Virus record (IMG/VR): IMGVR_UViG_3300027754_000041 | Coordinates: 1 to 64,000 of that record | Reading direction: 5' to 3' (one strand) | DNA: 64,000 nt | DNA from: a virus | Taxonomy: Duplodnaviria > Caudoviricetes | The notes under the pieces: generated by a model | Databases searched by the model: none | What the model saw: the letters and a program-made list of their open reading frames with translations, nothing else | Told to the model about the DNA's origin: nothing | Part shown: positions 43,253-54,500 of the stretch, in pieces | Layout: every line of letters begins with the position of its first letter | How positions within the stretch are numbered: the first letter of the stretch is position 1 | Program-made: the position numbers and the translations under genes

Positions 43253-43495
43253 ATGAACAAAATAAAGAATATCTTAAATAGAATTATTGCAACCTTTGCC
43301 GCATCGGGTCTCGGCATAATAGGTGCTGGAGCAGTTGCTGGAGTACCTGTTTGGAAAGCCTGCTTTATGGCTGGAATTGCTGGTGTAGCAGTTGTGATAG
43401 AGGGATTATCAAGGGAATTTCTTGACGATGGTATTCTTTCTGACGCAGAAATAAATGAAGTTTTTGATATAGTCGATAAAAAAAGTAAAAAATAA
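43253..43495 (+). CDS. Holin-like membrane protein
   Basis: Two TM helices, charged C-terminus, GGAGG RBS. Confidence 0.55.
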   Translation: MNKIKNILNRIIATFAASGLGIIGAGAVAGVPVWKACFMAGIAGVAVVIEGLSREFLDDGILSDAEINEVFDIVDKKSKK

Positions 43496-43498
43496 TTA

Positions 43499-43765
43499 AT
43501 GAAAAAACTACTATTAGCCACCGTACTAATTATGGGTACGATGTCCTGTGGTGATTCCTATCGATACAAATGTCAAAACCCCGACAATTTTGGAAAACCT
43601 GAATGTGTTCCACCCGGATGCCTGGCCGACAATTCATGCACCTCGACCCTTCTTGGTTTTGACCCACTACTTCCAGAACAAACAAGTGAAACAGAATTAG
43701 TTTCAGACCCAACGCAGGAGACTATCCCGTGTCCCTGCCCAACACAGGAGACCACAGCACCATGA
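43499..43765 (+). CDS. Cys-rich lipoprotein
   Basis: MKK-hydrophobic-MSC lipobox-like signal. Confidence 0.6.
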   Translation: MKKLLLATVLIMGTMSCGDSYRYKCQNPDNFGKPECVPPGCLADNSCTSTLLGFDPLLPEQTSETELVSDPTQETIPCPCPTQETTAP

Positions 43766-44043
43766 GTAAGCGTTTGACCCCGGTAGAACTTGATGCCCGC
43801 CTAAAGTTTATTATTGGATGTCTATTGGGAGTTGTTCTCCTAATGACAACTGGAGCAATACTCTACGCTCTTGTATTTGTTACACAACCGATTGGAGCAC
43901 AGGCCGAGAACGACAAGATGTTCTTTGGTGTTCTTTCAAGCGTCGCCACATTCATTACCGGCACACTTGCTGGATTGATGATCGCTACTGGCAAAGGCGG
44001 AAAAGATACTGATAACAACGGTATTCCTGACGATCAGGAATAA
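43762..44043 (+). CDS. Two-TM membrane protein
   Basis: ATGA overlap with the lipoprotein; two TM helices; DTDNNGIPD tail. Confidence 0.7.
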   Translation: MSKRLTPVELDARLKFIIGCLLGVVLLMTTGAILYALVFVTQPIGAQAENDKMFFGVLSSVATFITGTLAGLMIATGKGGKDTDNNGIPDDQE

Positions 44044-44104
44044 ATTTCTATAATAGGTAAAATTGGGAAAAAAATTTTTAGGCCCAAAATGGTTTTATCG
44101 ATTT

Positions 44105-44266
44105 TTAGCAACTAGCTAAATTGTATATGTCCAACAATATATTTTCTATTTCTTGGTGAGTAAATAGCTCTCGCTCTTGTTTAGATATATCAATCAGAAA
44201 ATTTTCTACAGATAATTTAATATTATTAACTCTTTCATCTTTGCTAGCCGATAATATTTTACTCAA
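44105..44266 (-). CDS. 53-aa hypothetical protein not in the track
   Basis: GAGGA RBS, TTG start 44266, TAA 44105-44107. Confidence 0.5.
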   Translation of the reverse strand: MSKILSASKDERVNNIKLSVENFLIDISKQERELFTHQEIENILLDIYNLASC

Positions 44267-47200
44267 TTAATCCTCATCTTTTTTAAGTATCTGATGTGTG
44301 TAGTGTACCACACAAGCAGTTACGGTTGAGGCTAAGGCAATCATTTGGGTTGTTCCAGAAAGTGTATAGTAAACAATTACGCTACCTGCAAATGTGAATG
44401 CAAGACCAGCAGTTATATCCCATAATTTCTTAGCAAAACCTAACCAATTAAATTCCTTCATCTCTATACCCTCCTTGATATAATATTTAAATATACTATT
44501 TTTTGTAAAATTACTATCTTCATCATCTTCTGGGCCAGCAATTTCACCGGCCATTTCTTCCTCTTCGTTCTTTTTAGCTACGTTATTATTAGTACCGCTA
44601 GGACCGTTAGAGTTACCTCCTCCAGAAGAGCCTCCAGAGCCTCCAGGACCGCCTGTAGCAGCCCCAGCTGCCGTTATTGCTGCAACAGCTGTAGTGGCAG
44701 CTATAAGTGTTCTACGAGCTCCTACGTCAACCTGGGAACCAACGGCAACATAGTCATCAAAGCCTTCTCCATAGATGTCAACCTCTTCTTCAAGGGCTTC
44801 TTTAATATCGTTTGGTGCATTAGTAAGAGCTTCTGCCAATTGGGCTTCTTGTTCTGGCGTTACGTTTGTCACGTCTAAAGCAGCAAACACTGCAGTAGCT
44901 TGCTCTGGGGTTATGCTTTCTAGAACTTTAGGACTTGCAGATAGCTCAGCTGATTGACCTGGATCAATGCCACCTTCTTGACCCGTGATCAAGTCAACGA
45001 CTTGTGATACTTGGTCATTTGTAATTGAGTCTGACTCCAACACATCTACGATGACACCAACAGACTCGGCGTCCAATTCATTACCCAAAACGGCGGTAAA
45101 GGTTTCAATCAAAACTTCTGTGCTTACTGCTTCGTCAAAGACTGCACCGAGAACAGAGCCCAACAACTCTGCTGTTAGACCGTCTTTCAATACATCAACG
45201 ATGAGGTCAATAGTTTCTGCATCCGAGAGGTCGCTGTCAAACACATTATCAAATACTGCTTCTGCTTCCGACTTGCTCAGAGTTGTTTCAAGCAAGTCTC
45301 CAAGTACAGCCTTGGTATCCTCAACGGAAATGTCTTCGTCAAATACTGCACCCATTATTTTTGAAATATCCGCACCACTTGTTGGACCGTCAAAGATTGA
45401 ACTGAGTGCAGAAACCATGGCTTCAGGAGATGTTGTTTCCGAGAATGCAGCATCAAGAACTTTGTCCAACTCTTTGTCGCTAAGGTCGGCACCAAGCATT
45501 GTTGTTAGTGCTTCTGTGAAAACTTCATCAGATACATCTTCGGAGAACACGGCATCAAGAACCTTTGTGAATTCCTTATCGCTCAGGTCGGCTTCTAGGA
45601 ATGAATTAACAACAGCACCAACATCCGCACCGGGTTCTTCAAGCGAGCCAAGGGTTGCGTCTACTACTGCGTCAAACTGTTTTGGTGTTAAGTCGGCATC
45701 AAGGAGTCCATCAAGTACGGCAGTCACTTCTTCCGATGATGCATCTGGGGTGAAGGCATTATCCAAAATACCTGCAAGGTCACCTGTGGATATTGCTTCT
45801 CCTGCTTCTGGGAGGGTAACCTCATCTGATGGAATTATTACTACTACCGTTTCGGGTTCTGTTCCAACTGGTGGAATTACTGTTCCTGGCAGTGCGGTTT
45901 CTGGTTCTGTTCCTACGGGAAGCGTCACCGTTGTGGATTCTGTTTCAGGCTCTGGCAATTGCGGCAGTGGCACTGTTGTATCGTCTGGGGGAGTTACAAC
46001 GACAGGAGAGACGCTCGTACTGGTCGTCGCAGTATCAACAGGTGGAATAACAACAACTGGCGGTACATAAACGGTAGTTGTAGTTGTAGTTGGAACAGTC
46101 GTAGTTGTAGTACTGGTAGTACTGGTAGTACTGGTAGTAGTAGAAGAAGTAGTTGTAGTAGGAGCCACAGTAGTAGTTGTAGTAGTGGAAGAAGTAGTTG
46201 TGGTAGTTGTGGTAATTGTGTTACCAGACTCCACATACCCAGAGCCCGAGAAATTGTTTGTGTTGGCAGAAGTATTACCAAATGTGTTTCCAGATATTGT
46301 TGCGAACGAGTTCGCGCTCACACCGTTATATGTGCGTGAGCCATTGCTCCATGAATTGTCAAATTCAATAGCAATTTTGTTGCCATTAAACGTATTTCCC
46401 GACACAGTTTGGTTGCCTGCACCCATAGCCCAACCCATAGGAATCCAAGCCGCAAAATATATTGCGGCGCCTTCAGTCGCACTTGTAGTTCCATTTGATG
46501 TAAACACCGAGTTGGTTACCTGTTGACGATTAAGACCAGCAAGAACTGCACCATATGTGTTGTTGGAAAATTGACTGTTATCTATTTTTGTAAATCTCTG
46601 CGAATAAACAGCGTAGTAGTTGTCGGAAAATACTGAGTCATAGATGTATGTACGGTTTGTGTAATCGGAATCCGTCAGGCTCAAAGCAGAAGGAGTTGAG
46701 CCGTAGTCTCCGTGAATACCGTAATTGAGGTGGTCAAAAGTTGTATTTGTAAAAGTAGATACAGAACCACTACCGCCGTTATATGTAGCGGCGCCACCAG
46801 TCATGGCAGTGAAACGCATATTTGTAGCAGACAGGGTTCCAGCACCATTGTAAATAAGACCACCGTTGGTGATTTGCCCCCTCTTGAGTGTCATGTCCGA
46901 AATTGTCAACGACTTGCCAGACGAGATATTGAATGGGCGATATAAATTGTTGCCGTCAATAATGGTGGAAGTTAAACCAGCACCAGTGATTGTCAAGTTG
47001 TCTGAAATTGCAGGCAGGGCAGAAGTAAGAGTAATTGTTCCAGTGTTTCCTGAAGCAAAGGTAATCGTGTTAATAGTGGCTGAAGCGTTCGCCGTAGTTA
47101 TAGCCCAACGCAAAGAGCCCGAGCCGGAAGTATCTGAAAGATTTGTAACAATGACAGATGTTGGGGCAGGAACCGTGATGGACGCAGCCGAGTTTGCCGT

Positions 47201-48544
47201 TAGTGACCCAATTGAGTTTGTTTTAGTTACGCGGACTCGTATTTGTTTCGCAACATCATCTGAACCAACCGCATATGTTGAAGATGTTGCGCCAGATATA
47301 TTTGTCCAGGTACACGAAGAAGGAGTACAGGATTGCCACTGATAGGTTGTCGCAGTTACAGCAGACCCACCGTCACCCCAAGTTCCATCAACTGCGGTCA
47401 GAGTTTCCCCATAAGCAACAGTTCCAGACATTGATGTTCCACCAGATGTTGTTGGAGCCGTAGACCCTGCAAGGAGGGTAAACGACTGGCTCACTGTGGC
47501 TGCTGCTACATATGAGTTATTGGCAGAACTATTCGTGGAGATGGTACAGGTTCCTGTTTGACTAGCCAGCACAGTCACTGTCGCAGTTGAAGTTCCGCCG
47601 CCATCAGTTGACGAACCAACGGTGCACTTGCCCGTAGTGCTGGATGTAAAAGTAACCGACAACCCAGAAGTAGCAGTGGCTGAGACAGTAAATGTTTGGT
47701 TTGATGAAGATGTAACTATGTCGGCAGGCTGAGCAAAAGTAATACTGTTTGCGCTGGCTACAGATATTGCTGAGTCAATATACATTGACGCACCAAGGGC
47801 TTGACCGCCAGTTGCATCATAAGAACCATTCACAAACCTGAATCTGTAATAACCAGTAGATGAAACTATGCCCGTAGATGTAACCCATGATTGGTTTTGC
47901 CCACGTCCGTATGAAACCAAAGTCGAAGTAGCACTAGAACCGTAGTCGTACGTGTTTCCGCTTGCCGAAACTTTAACCAAGTATCCGTATGCTTCGTAGT
48001 CGTCGTAACCACCAGCGGCAGCCCAGTCAAAAGAAATTGATTGATTCGCTGTGGCGGGAAACGGCTCTGACCATATCTCTGGTCCAAACGCCGAACCGTA
48101 TGTTGAATGGTTATTACAGGTATTGCTGTAAGAAATATAACCCTGAGAAACAAGTTGAATTACTCCATTACGCCCAGAATATGTTTGTCCTGTAGATGTG
48201 GTGTAAGACAGGCTCTGGTTGGGTGATTCCTGACCTTCGTACAACTGCGCTGTTTGCGTGTAGTTCTTGTCGGTTACATAGGAATATGAACTATTGGAGG
48301 TGGCATCGGTGCCAGTCATTGTGTATGGCCCAATCCCTTGCTTGCCTAGAACCGCACATTGGGTTCGGCTTGCCAATGAACCTAGGGTTACCTTTGCTGC
48401 CGCAGTTGACTCAAAAACAGGCGACAATGCTTGGGCTGGGGTAGCCATAGGCATAAACATTGATATTAAAAAAGCTGGAGCTAATACCCAAGCGCCCTTA
48501 CGTATGCGCATAGATCTAATACGTCTTGTACTAAAAAAGCTCAT
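44267..48544 (-). CDS. 1425-aa secreted, membrane-anchored surface protein (Ig-like and beta-helix domains, Thr/Pro linker, acidic helical repeats)
   Basis: Signal peptide, YQWQSC..W..ISGAT Ig motif, GSLRWAI, poly-Thr, ~29-aa VLDAVF repeats, C-terminal TM pair. Confidence 0.8.
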   Translation of the reverse strand: MSFFSTRRIRSMRIRKGAWVLAPAFLISMFMPMATPAQALSPVFESTAAAKVTLGSLASRTQCAVLGKQGIGPYTMTGTDATSNSSYSYVTDKNYTQTAQLYEGQESPNQSLSYTTSTGQTYSGRNGVIQLVSQGYISYSNTCNNHSTYGSAFGPEIWSEPFPATANQSISFDWAAAGGYDDYEAYGYLVKVSASGNTYDYGSSATSTLVSYGRGQNQSWVTSTGIVSSTGYYRFRFVNGSYDATGGQALGASMYIDSAISVASANSITFAQPADIVTSSSNQTFTVSATATSGLSVTFTSSTTGKCTVGSSTDGGGTSTATVTVLASQTGTCTISTNSSANNSYVAAATVSQSFTLLAGSTAPTTSGGTSMSGTVAYGETLTAVDGTWGDGGSAVTATTYQWQSCTPSSCTWTNISGATSSTYAVGSDDVAKQIRVRVTKTNSIGSLTANSAASITVPAPTSVIVTNLSDTSGSGSLRWAITTANASATINTITFASGNTGTITLTSALPAISDNLTITGAGLTSTIIDGNNLYRPFNISSGKSLTISDMTLKRGQITNGGLIYNGAGTLSATNMRFTAMTGGAATYNGGSGSVSTFTNTTFDHLNYGIHGDYGSTPSALSLTDSDYTNRTYIYDSVFSDNYYAVYSQRFTKIDNSQFSNNTYGAVLAGLNRQQVTNSVFTSNGTTSATEGAAIYFAAWIPMGWAMGAGNQTVSGNTFNGNKIAIEFDNSWSNGSRTYNGVSANSFATISGNTFGNTSANTNNFSGSGYVESGNTITTTTTTTSSTTTTTTVAPTTTTSSTTTSTTSTTSTTTTTVPTTTTTTVYVPPVVVIPPVDTATTSTSVSPVVVTPPDDTTVPLPQLPEPETESTTVTLPVGTEPETALPGTVIPPVGTEPETVVVIIPSDEVTLPEAGEAISTGDLAGILDNAFTPDASSEEVTAVLDGLLDADLTPKQFDAVVDATLGSLEEPGADVGAVVNSFLEADLSDKEFTKVLDAVFSEDVSDEVFTEALTTMLGADLSDKELDKVLDAAFSETTSPEAMVSALSSIFDGPTSGADISKIMGAVFDEDISVEDTKAVLGDLLETTLSKSEAEAVFDNVFDSDLSDAETIDLIVDVLKDGLTAELLGSVLGAVFDEAVSTEVLIETFTAVLGNELDAESVGVIVDVLESDSITNDQVSQVVDLITGQEGGIDPGQSAELSASPKVLESITPEQATAVFAALDVTNVTPEQEAQLAEALTNAPNDIKEALEEEVDIYGEGFDDYVAVGSQVDVGARRTLIAATTAVAAITAAGAATGGPGGSGGSSGGGNSNGPSGTNNNVAKKNEEEEMAGEIAGPEDDEDSNFTKNSIFKYYIKEGIEMKEFNWLGFAKKLWDITAGLAFTFAGSVIVYYTLSGTTQMIALASTVTACVVHYTHQILKKDED

Positions 48545-48603
48545 TCACCCTCCAAGGTTATGAGCTATATAGTAACTAGAGTTAAACGAAATTATTTAAG
48601 ATT

Positions 48604-51586
48604 TTATTCCAACCATTCAATATAATCTTGTTTACGAGAACCACTTAAGCATGATGTAAAGTTGGATAACGTTCTCTTAGCTAGACTAAGAGCTTGATCA
48701 TCAGATAAAACATTAATCGGATCTATTTTACCAGCGTTCCTTGTCAAAACATCCCTAGCGATAGAATATAGTGCACCAGATGTCCACGGGTTGTTTGTGT
48801 CTTTATCCCAATGATTAAATAAATATCTACTAGGAGGCATTTTTGCAGCCATCTGTAAAGTCATTGGTATGATTGCATCTTGTGATGTATATGGAAATTC
48901 TATGGTATTTAATTGATTGCTAAAGAAATTTGGTCCTAAACCAAACTTAGATTTCATCATTAATATTTGATTAGCTGGGATTCTAGCCCAATCAGATATA
49001 AATTGAGATGATTCTGTTATTTTGCTAGGGGTAGGAGATTGTTCTACGCCATTAATAAAATCTGGACTTGGCATGTTGTTTGATAAAATTGATCTAACTT
49101 TTTTTTGTACCGCATCGTTGGGCATCGAAAACTTTGAAGAATCTAATTTTAATAATGATTTTATATCTAAAATAGTTTTTTTATTTTGGATGAATGCTTC
49201 CCAAGAATATTTTTTAGATGTTGGAAACGTTGTGGCGCCCACTTGACCAGAATCAATATACGGGGCTACCCAATTCAAAGAAGGTGAAACCCATCCGTTT
49301 TTTTGGTCAAAAGCTTTTAAATTTTGAGGGCGACATCTAATCTGTAGAAAACCCAAATGACAAGAACCATTTGCCACGCCAATACCGATTTTATTATCCC
49401 CTAAATTTCCTTCTCTTTGAGCTATGGCCGTAAAAATAGCAGCTATAGCTGGGCTAAAATTACCAAGCCTAGGATGGATAAGCATCATAAAAAATTCATC
49501 TTGCGTTAAAAATCCTCCAGGGCTATTTGACCCTCTGTAAGGTTCTGCTACTTGAAAAATTTTAGGAGAAAGACCATCTAGATTTTTTATAGTTGGGATT
49601 GAACGAACTGTTTGTGATTTAAAACTAGGTAACTTGACCATTACTTTTGAACCACCACCTACTCCATCAATTGGCACTGTAACTGGTGCAGTTATACTTG
49701 GATCTGGAGTATAATGTTTTTTTAAATCTTTTATAAAAGTTACGTTCAATGGCCAACCTGTAGTGACGCCTATGCCAAAGTCAGTGAGAAATTTAAATAC
49801 TGTGGTACCAACCTTTGATGCCTTTTTAAGTAAATCTATTTGTATATCTATAGCTGTTTGAGAAATGTCTGAAGACACATAATTGTTTAATGCGTCTAAA
49901 GCAAGATCTGGTGATGATTCAATTAATATTTGCAAATGTTGAAGAAAATTATTTGATTTACTATCCGTAACTATTGCAGGTATATATGTACTAATAATTG
50001 AGTAATTTGGTGTAGCGCCAGGAGGAATTACTTCGGTTGGAGGAAAAGAACGTATAGGACGGACATGGTTCTTGTTAATTTTATTATTTATATTTGCAAC
50101 ACCATTCAAAAAATCTCTACTTGAAGCGTAGTCTGCATTACCTTCTGTAGAACTCCAATAAACTTCATTATAAAAACCGCCAATAGTTGTCCTGCTTATG
50201 TATAGTTGGTTTAATTCATTCTTTGATGGCAAAAACCAATCTGTTTTTCCACCACCACGATATGAACGGCAATATGCTGCAGCACTTACTGCGTGCCTGG
50301 CTGCTATAGCTAATGTATTTTGGTATCCTCTGCCAATTTCTACTGCGGTAGTTCCAACACCAACAGCCCATTTTACGGTAGGACCATCATTACGCCAAGC
50401 TGCTTTTAAGTATGGAGATTTACTTCCATCATACCAATTTTTTGGCGCAACCTCAAAATATCTTCCAGTAGTATTACCTGGAGTTGATGGAGTAATAAAA
50501 ATTCTTCCACCACCAGGACCAGTTTGACCAATATTATATGCAACTGGAAGAGAAATAATTGCATCTGTAGTTTTTACTAGACGTATAGAATTTCCTGGAC
50601 CTGTAGGAACAACTTTAGGGGTAACAGGAAACGGTAAAAGCGGTTGAAGGGGAATGTATGTATTTGTATTTGTTTTTGGTTTAGGGGCAACAGTTTTACT
50701 TGTTGTTACCGTAGCGGGTTTTAAATTAACGCTTGCAGCTTTTGCCTTACCTAAACCAAAGTAAATAATATGATATTTATCATTCGCAGTAGGGTTGTCC
50801 GTTACCCCCTTTTCCCCGCTCCAACCATAATCTTCGATATGGTCTATGAGCCACTGCATTGAATCCTGATTAGCTACCACTGTAGCAATTTTACCTGAGT
50901 GAATATCTAAAGCCAATCCCCAACCATGCTTACTGTTACCCGGTGTTGACTTTACCGTTCCGTACAGATTTACTATAATACCATTTATTAGATTCTATAC
51001 TCCCATCTTCAAAATAAAATTTTATATAACTGTTAGTTAAAAAATTATGTCCAGAAAGAGATTTATCGTGTTCTGCTTTTACTAGTGCATAAACAGCGGG
51101 ATCTAATTTTTCATAAGGGGGTACTCCTCTAAATTCTCCATCCACAATCAACGGTTCATTAAGACCTGTGTTTTGTAATTTGGTTCGAGAATATATAGAG
51201 CTTGCTGGAAGAGCATAAAAGTTATTCCTAAAAGTATCAGAATTTTCTCTAAAAAATATACTTTTATCATTTTGTTTATTTACACTTGCAAGAAACGCTG
51301 CTGGGTTGGTAGAGTAAGCCTGTAAAAATGAAGCTTTTCTTACCTGGCCGTCTGCATAACCTCCGCCAAATGACGCAACTAGATTGATAGCGAATAGGTT
51401 TTGAAAGTCTTTCTGCAGCTTTAGAAATTGGTCTCCAGCTTCTTTATTTAACTTTATTGCTGGTTCTCCTTCTAATGCAATTTTTTTATAAGAAACAAGA
51501 CTTTTGTCGTTTGGATAACCATTTTTACCCATATTTGTTGGAGGTGCAAAACTATTAGCAGGAAGATTTAAAAAAGACTTAGTCAT
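48604..51586 (-). CDS. ~993-aa M15-type peptidase + DUF1566/Lcl-like domain protein, split by a +1 shift at CGGA (50959-50962)
   Basis: The joined frame restores TPGNSKHGWGLALD...WL..H...YGW...HI; DWFLPSKNEL, YWSSTE, VRPIRSF. Confidence 0.75.
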
Positions 51587-54500
51587 TTTGCTTTATACAC
51601 TCCTTTTATGCCATCTAAACTAAAACCTATTGGAGAAATAAAATTAGCAGAAGCTTTTCTTTCAGCAACATTTGATTTTTCTGATTCTGGACCAGAATAT
51701 TTAACGAAGTTTTTTACAGCATCAATGTTGGTATAGTCAGTCGGAACAAATATATTCCCTAAAGGATATGTCCTTCTTAAAGTTTTATTCCAAACTAAAC
51801 CAGACCACCAAATTCCATTTATTATAAAAGTATTAATATTGTCAAAAGTTCTTGCCTGGATTATGTTTAAAGTTGCGCTAGCAATTAAAAACCATTCTAA
51901 ACCATTCCACATATAAATTCTATCTGTATCAGTTTCATATATAGTATCTGAAAAAGCTGGACTTATAGGACGTGAAGTAGACAAACATTGAGAAGTAACC
52001 ACATACTCTTGTTGCTGCAAAAGTGATAAAGATACCCTAAATTGAAAAAGATCTCCAGGTCTCCATATTAAATTATTTCTTAACGACATGCCAGGACCGT
52101 GATCTGTAACCCTAGCCTCGCATGGAGCTTGCCTATATCTATCTACTGCTGAATCTGGTAATGTTTTTATCCCACCATAAATTGAGAAAAAGCATATCGA
52201 TGGCGACTCTGGATCACCAATACATTTGGATGCGTTTCTTTCTAAACCAATCCTACCTATATTCTTTATGACACCAGCATCATCAAGCATGTTGAACTGT
52301 AATGCCCAAGATGTATTCGGAGCAAATCTGGTTACTGTCATACTTTGATTAATTGCATTAAATTTAGTTCCAGAAAAAACATCTTCCCTTCTCCAAATAC
52401 CATCATTAGATTGTAGGGTTTTTTCATTTTCTACTGGATCAACTATAATAATATCCCCATTGCCGGGATCTATAACTGTTTCATTTGGTGGAGTAACAAC
52501 TGGCACCTCAGGCACTACTGGTTTTATTGGTGAAATTGGAGTGCCCGGTTTTGGTTTGGGTTTAGGTTTTACTGGAGGGACAACAGGTACGACCACTGGG
52601 GGCACAACAGGTGGGGCCACTGTAGGTGGGACTACTGGAATAACAATAGTCGGATCTGTAATTGTAATAAACAATATTTGATTTGCATTATTACCAAAAT
52701 TACCAGGCCAAGATTTTCCTAACTTTGTCTTTAATATATTTGCTGCAATTATAACACTTATCTCAGTATCATAAGGCATAACGTTTTTGGGGGCAATAGA
52801 TATTGTATTAACATCAGGGAAAGATACCTCAGAACTTGTGACATCAATTCTAGCTAAAGCTTTTGTAGTATTCTTTTTGAAAAAATTAATTGTCCCCCTA
52901 TTTACTTGCATGGGTTGATCAAATTTTAACGTTACTCTAACATCAATGTTCACTTTATTCGGATCAGAATCTGCGCTGAAAGAAGTCACTTCATAGGATA
53001 AAAGTTTTGGTTCAGGTATAGATGGAACTGGAGGAGCAAATTGAGGTCCATCTCTTTGATCTGGATAAGTAATCTTTGGTGTTGGTGCAACCTTAACCGG
53101 AATTGTCGTAGAAGGAGAAACAGTTGTCGTCGTCGTAGGTATTCGGGGTGGAGAAATTGTAGTGGAAGTTGTAGTGCCATTAGATAGAACTGTTGTAGTA
53201 GTCACAGCTGAGTTAGGAAGTGTTGTGGTGGTAGTGGTAACTACTGTCGATGGAGGAGCATATTTTGGAGCATCCCTTTGATCTGGAGATCTTATATATG
53301 GTGGGTTGTAGCTTGTGATGGTAGTGCTAGTCGAACCGTTAGGCAGTACAGTTGTGCTGGTAGTGGATGTGGTAGAACCGTTTGGTAATACTGTTGTAGC
53401 AGTAGTGGTTGTACTTGGTATTGTTGTTGTCGGAGCTGGTATAGTGGTAGTTGGCGGAACATATACTGTACCACTCGGAATTGCCCCGATTAGAGCATCA
53501 ACGATATTGTTGTAATTAGAAGGGTGCACGTCATCTCCAGGAGCGTCAAAACCACCCATATATGTATAGCCATACTCTTGGCATTTATCTGATATTTGTT
53601 TATTAATTTTCTTATTTGGATACTTAGCGTCAAGTTGATTAGACATTCCATAAACAAATACTGTTGAATTATATTTTTTTAATATATCGAATTGCCCTTT
53701 AATATAATTCATTATAAGTGAAACACTATTATCAGCTGAATTAGATGCTCCAGTTGACAACCAAACTATTCTATTTTTAGCCAAATTTTTCTTATCTAAA
53801 TAATCCATGCAACCAGCTATTCTCGTGGATACACGTAGCGTACTTTCTCCCAATAACTGGAATAACCCATCCCAACCTTTATCTGATTCTTTTACCGAAT
53901 ATGGATTTGGTACTATTTCTCCTGTATTTGTTCCTGGATTTAAAACATCATATCTATCTGATATACCCAATGCTATGCTGTCTCCTATAATTAATGGAAT
54001 TTTATTTAGTAATGTTATAGTTGCTGCTGGTAATATCGTAGTTGTAGTTGGATCATAGCGATCTGCTGGTTTAAAATTAGATGGAATAACTTTAGGTTTA
54101 ACAATTGTAGTAGAAGATTTGGGGATGGTTGTTGTAGAAGTTTTGGGGATCGTAGTCGTAGAGGTTTTGGGAACGGTTGTCGGAGGGGTAGTTGTTGTAG
54201 AGGGTCTAGGGATAGTTACGGGAGGCATAGTTGTTGTAGAAGTTTTAGGAATGGTTGTAGTGGTAGTGGGAGCTCTAGGGACAGTACTAGGAGTTACAAC
54301 AGTAGATTTAGGTACCACCAAAGGCCTGGAACCAAAACGTCTATCTATTTCTTTTTTGCCAGCAAGGTCGTTAGATAATATCCTTCCGTTACCATCATAA
54401 GTTTTTGGTGTGCCTGTCACACCTGCTAAAGAATTTAAATAACCATTCTGTAATGGGCCTTCAATTGTGGCAAAAAAATCAGCTAACTTGTCAATCGCCG

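Noticed and set aside
46070-46215. GTA/GTT tandem repeats as a CRISPR array or VNTR (also 53100-54300)
   Set aside because: They are poly-Thr codons inside coding linkers, with no repeat-spacer pattern.
44775-47463. Long + strand ORFs such as 44985-46070
   Set aside because: Antisense shadows of the repetitive 1425-aa gene, with no RBS or motifs.
50040-50260. Diversity-generating retroelement target (DUF1566-like domain)
   Set aside because: No template repeat or reverse transcriptase is visible in this window.
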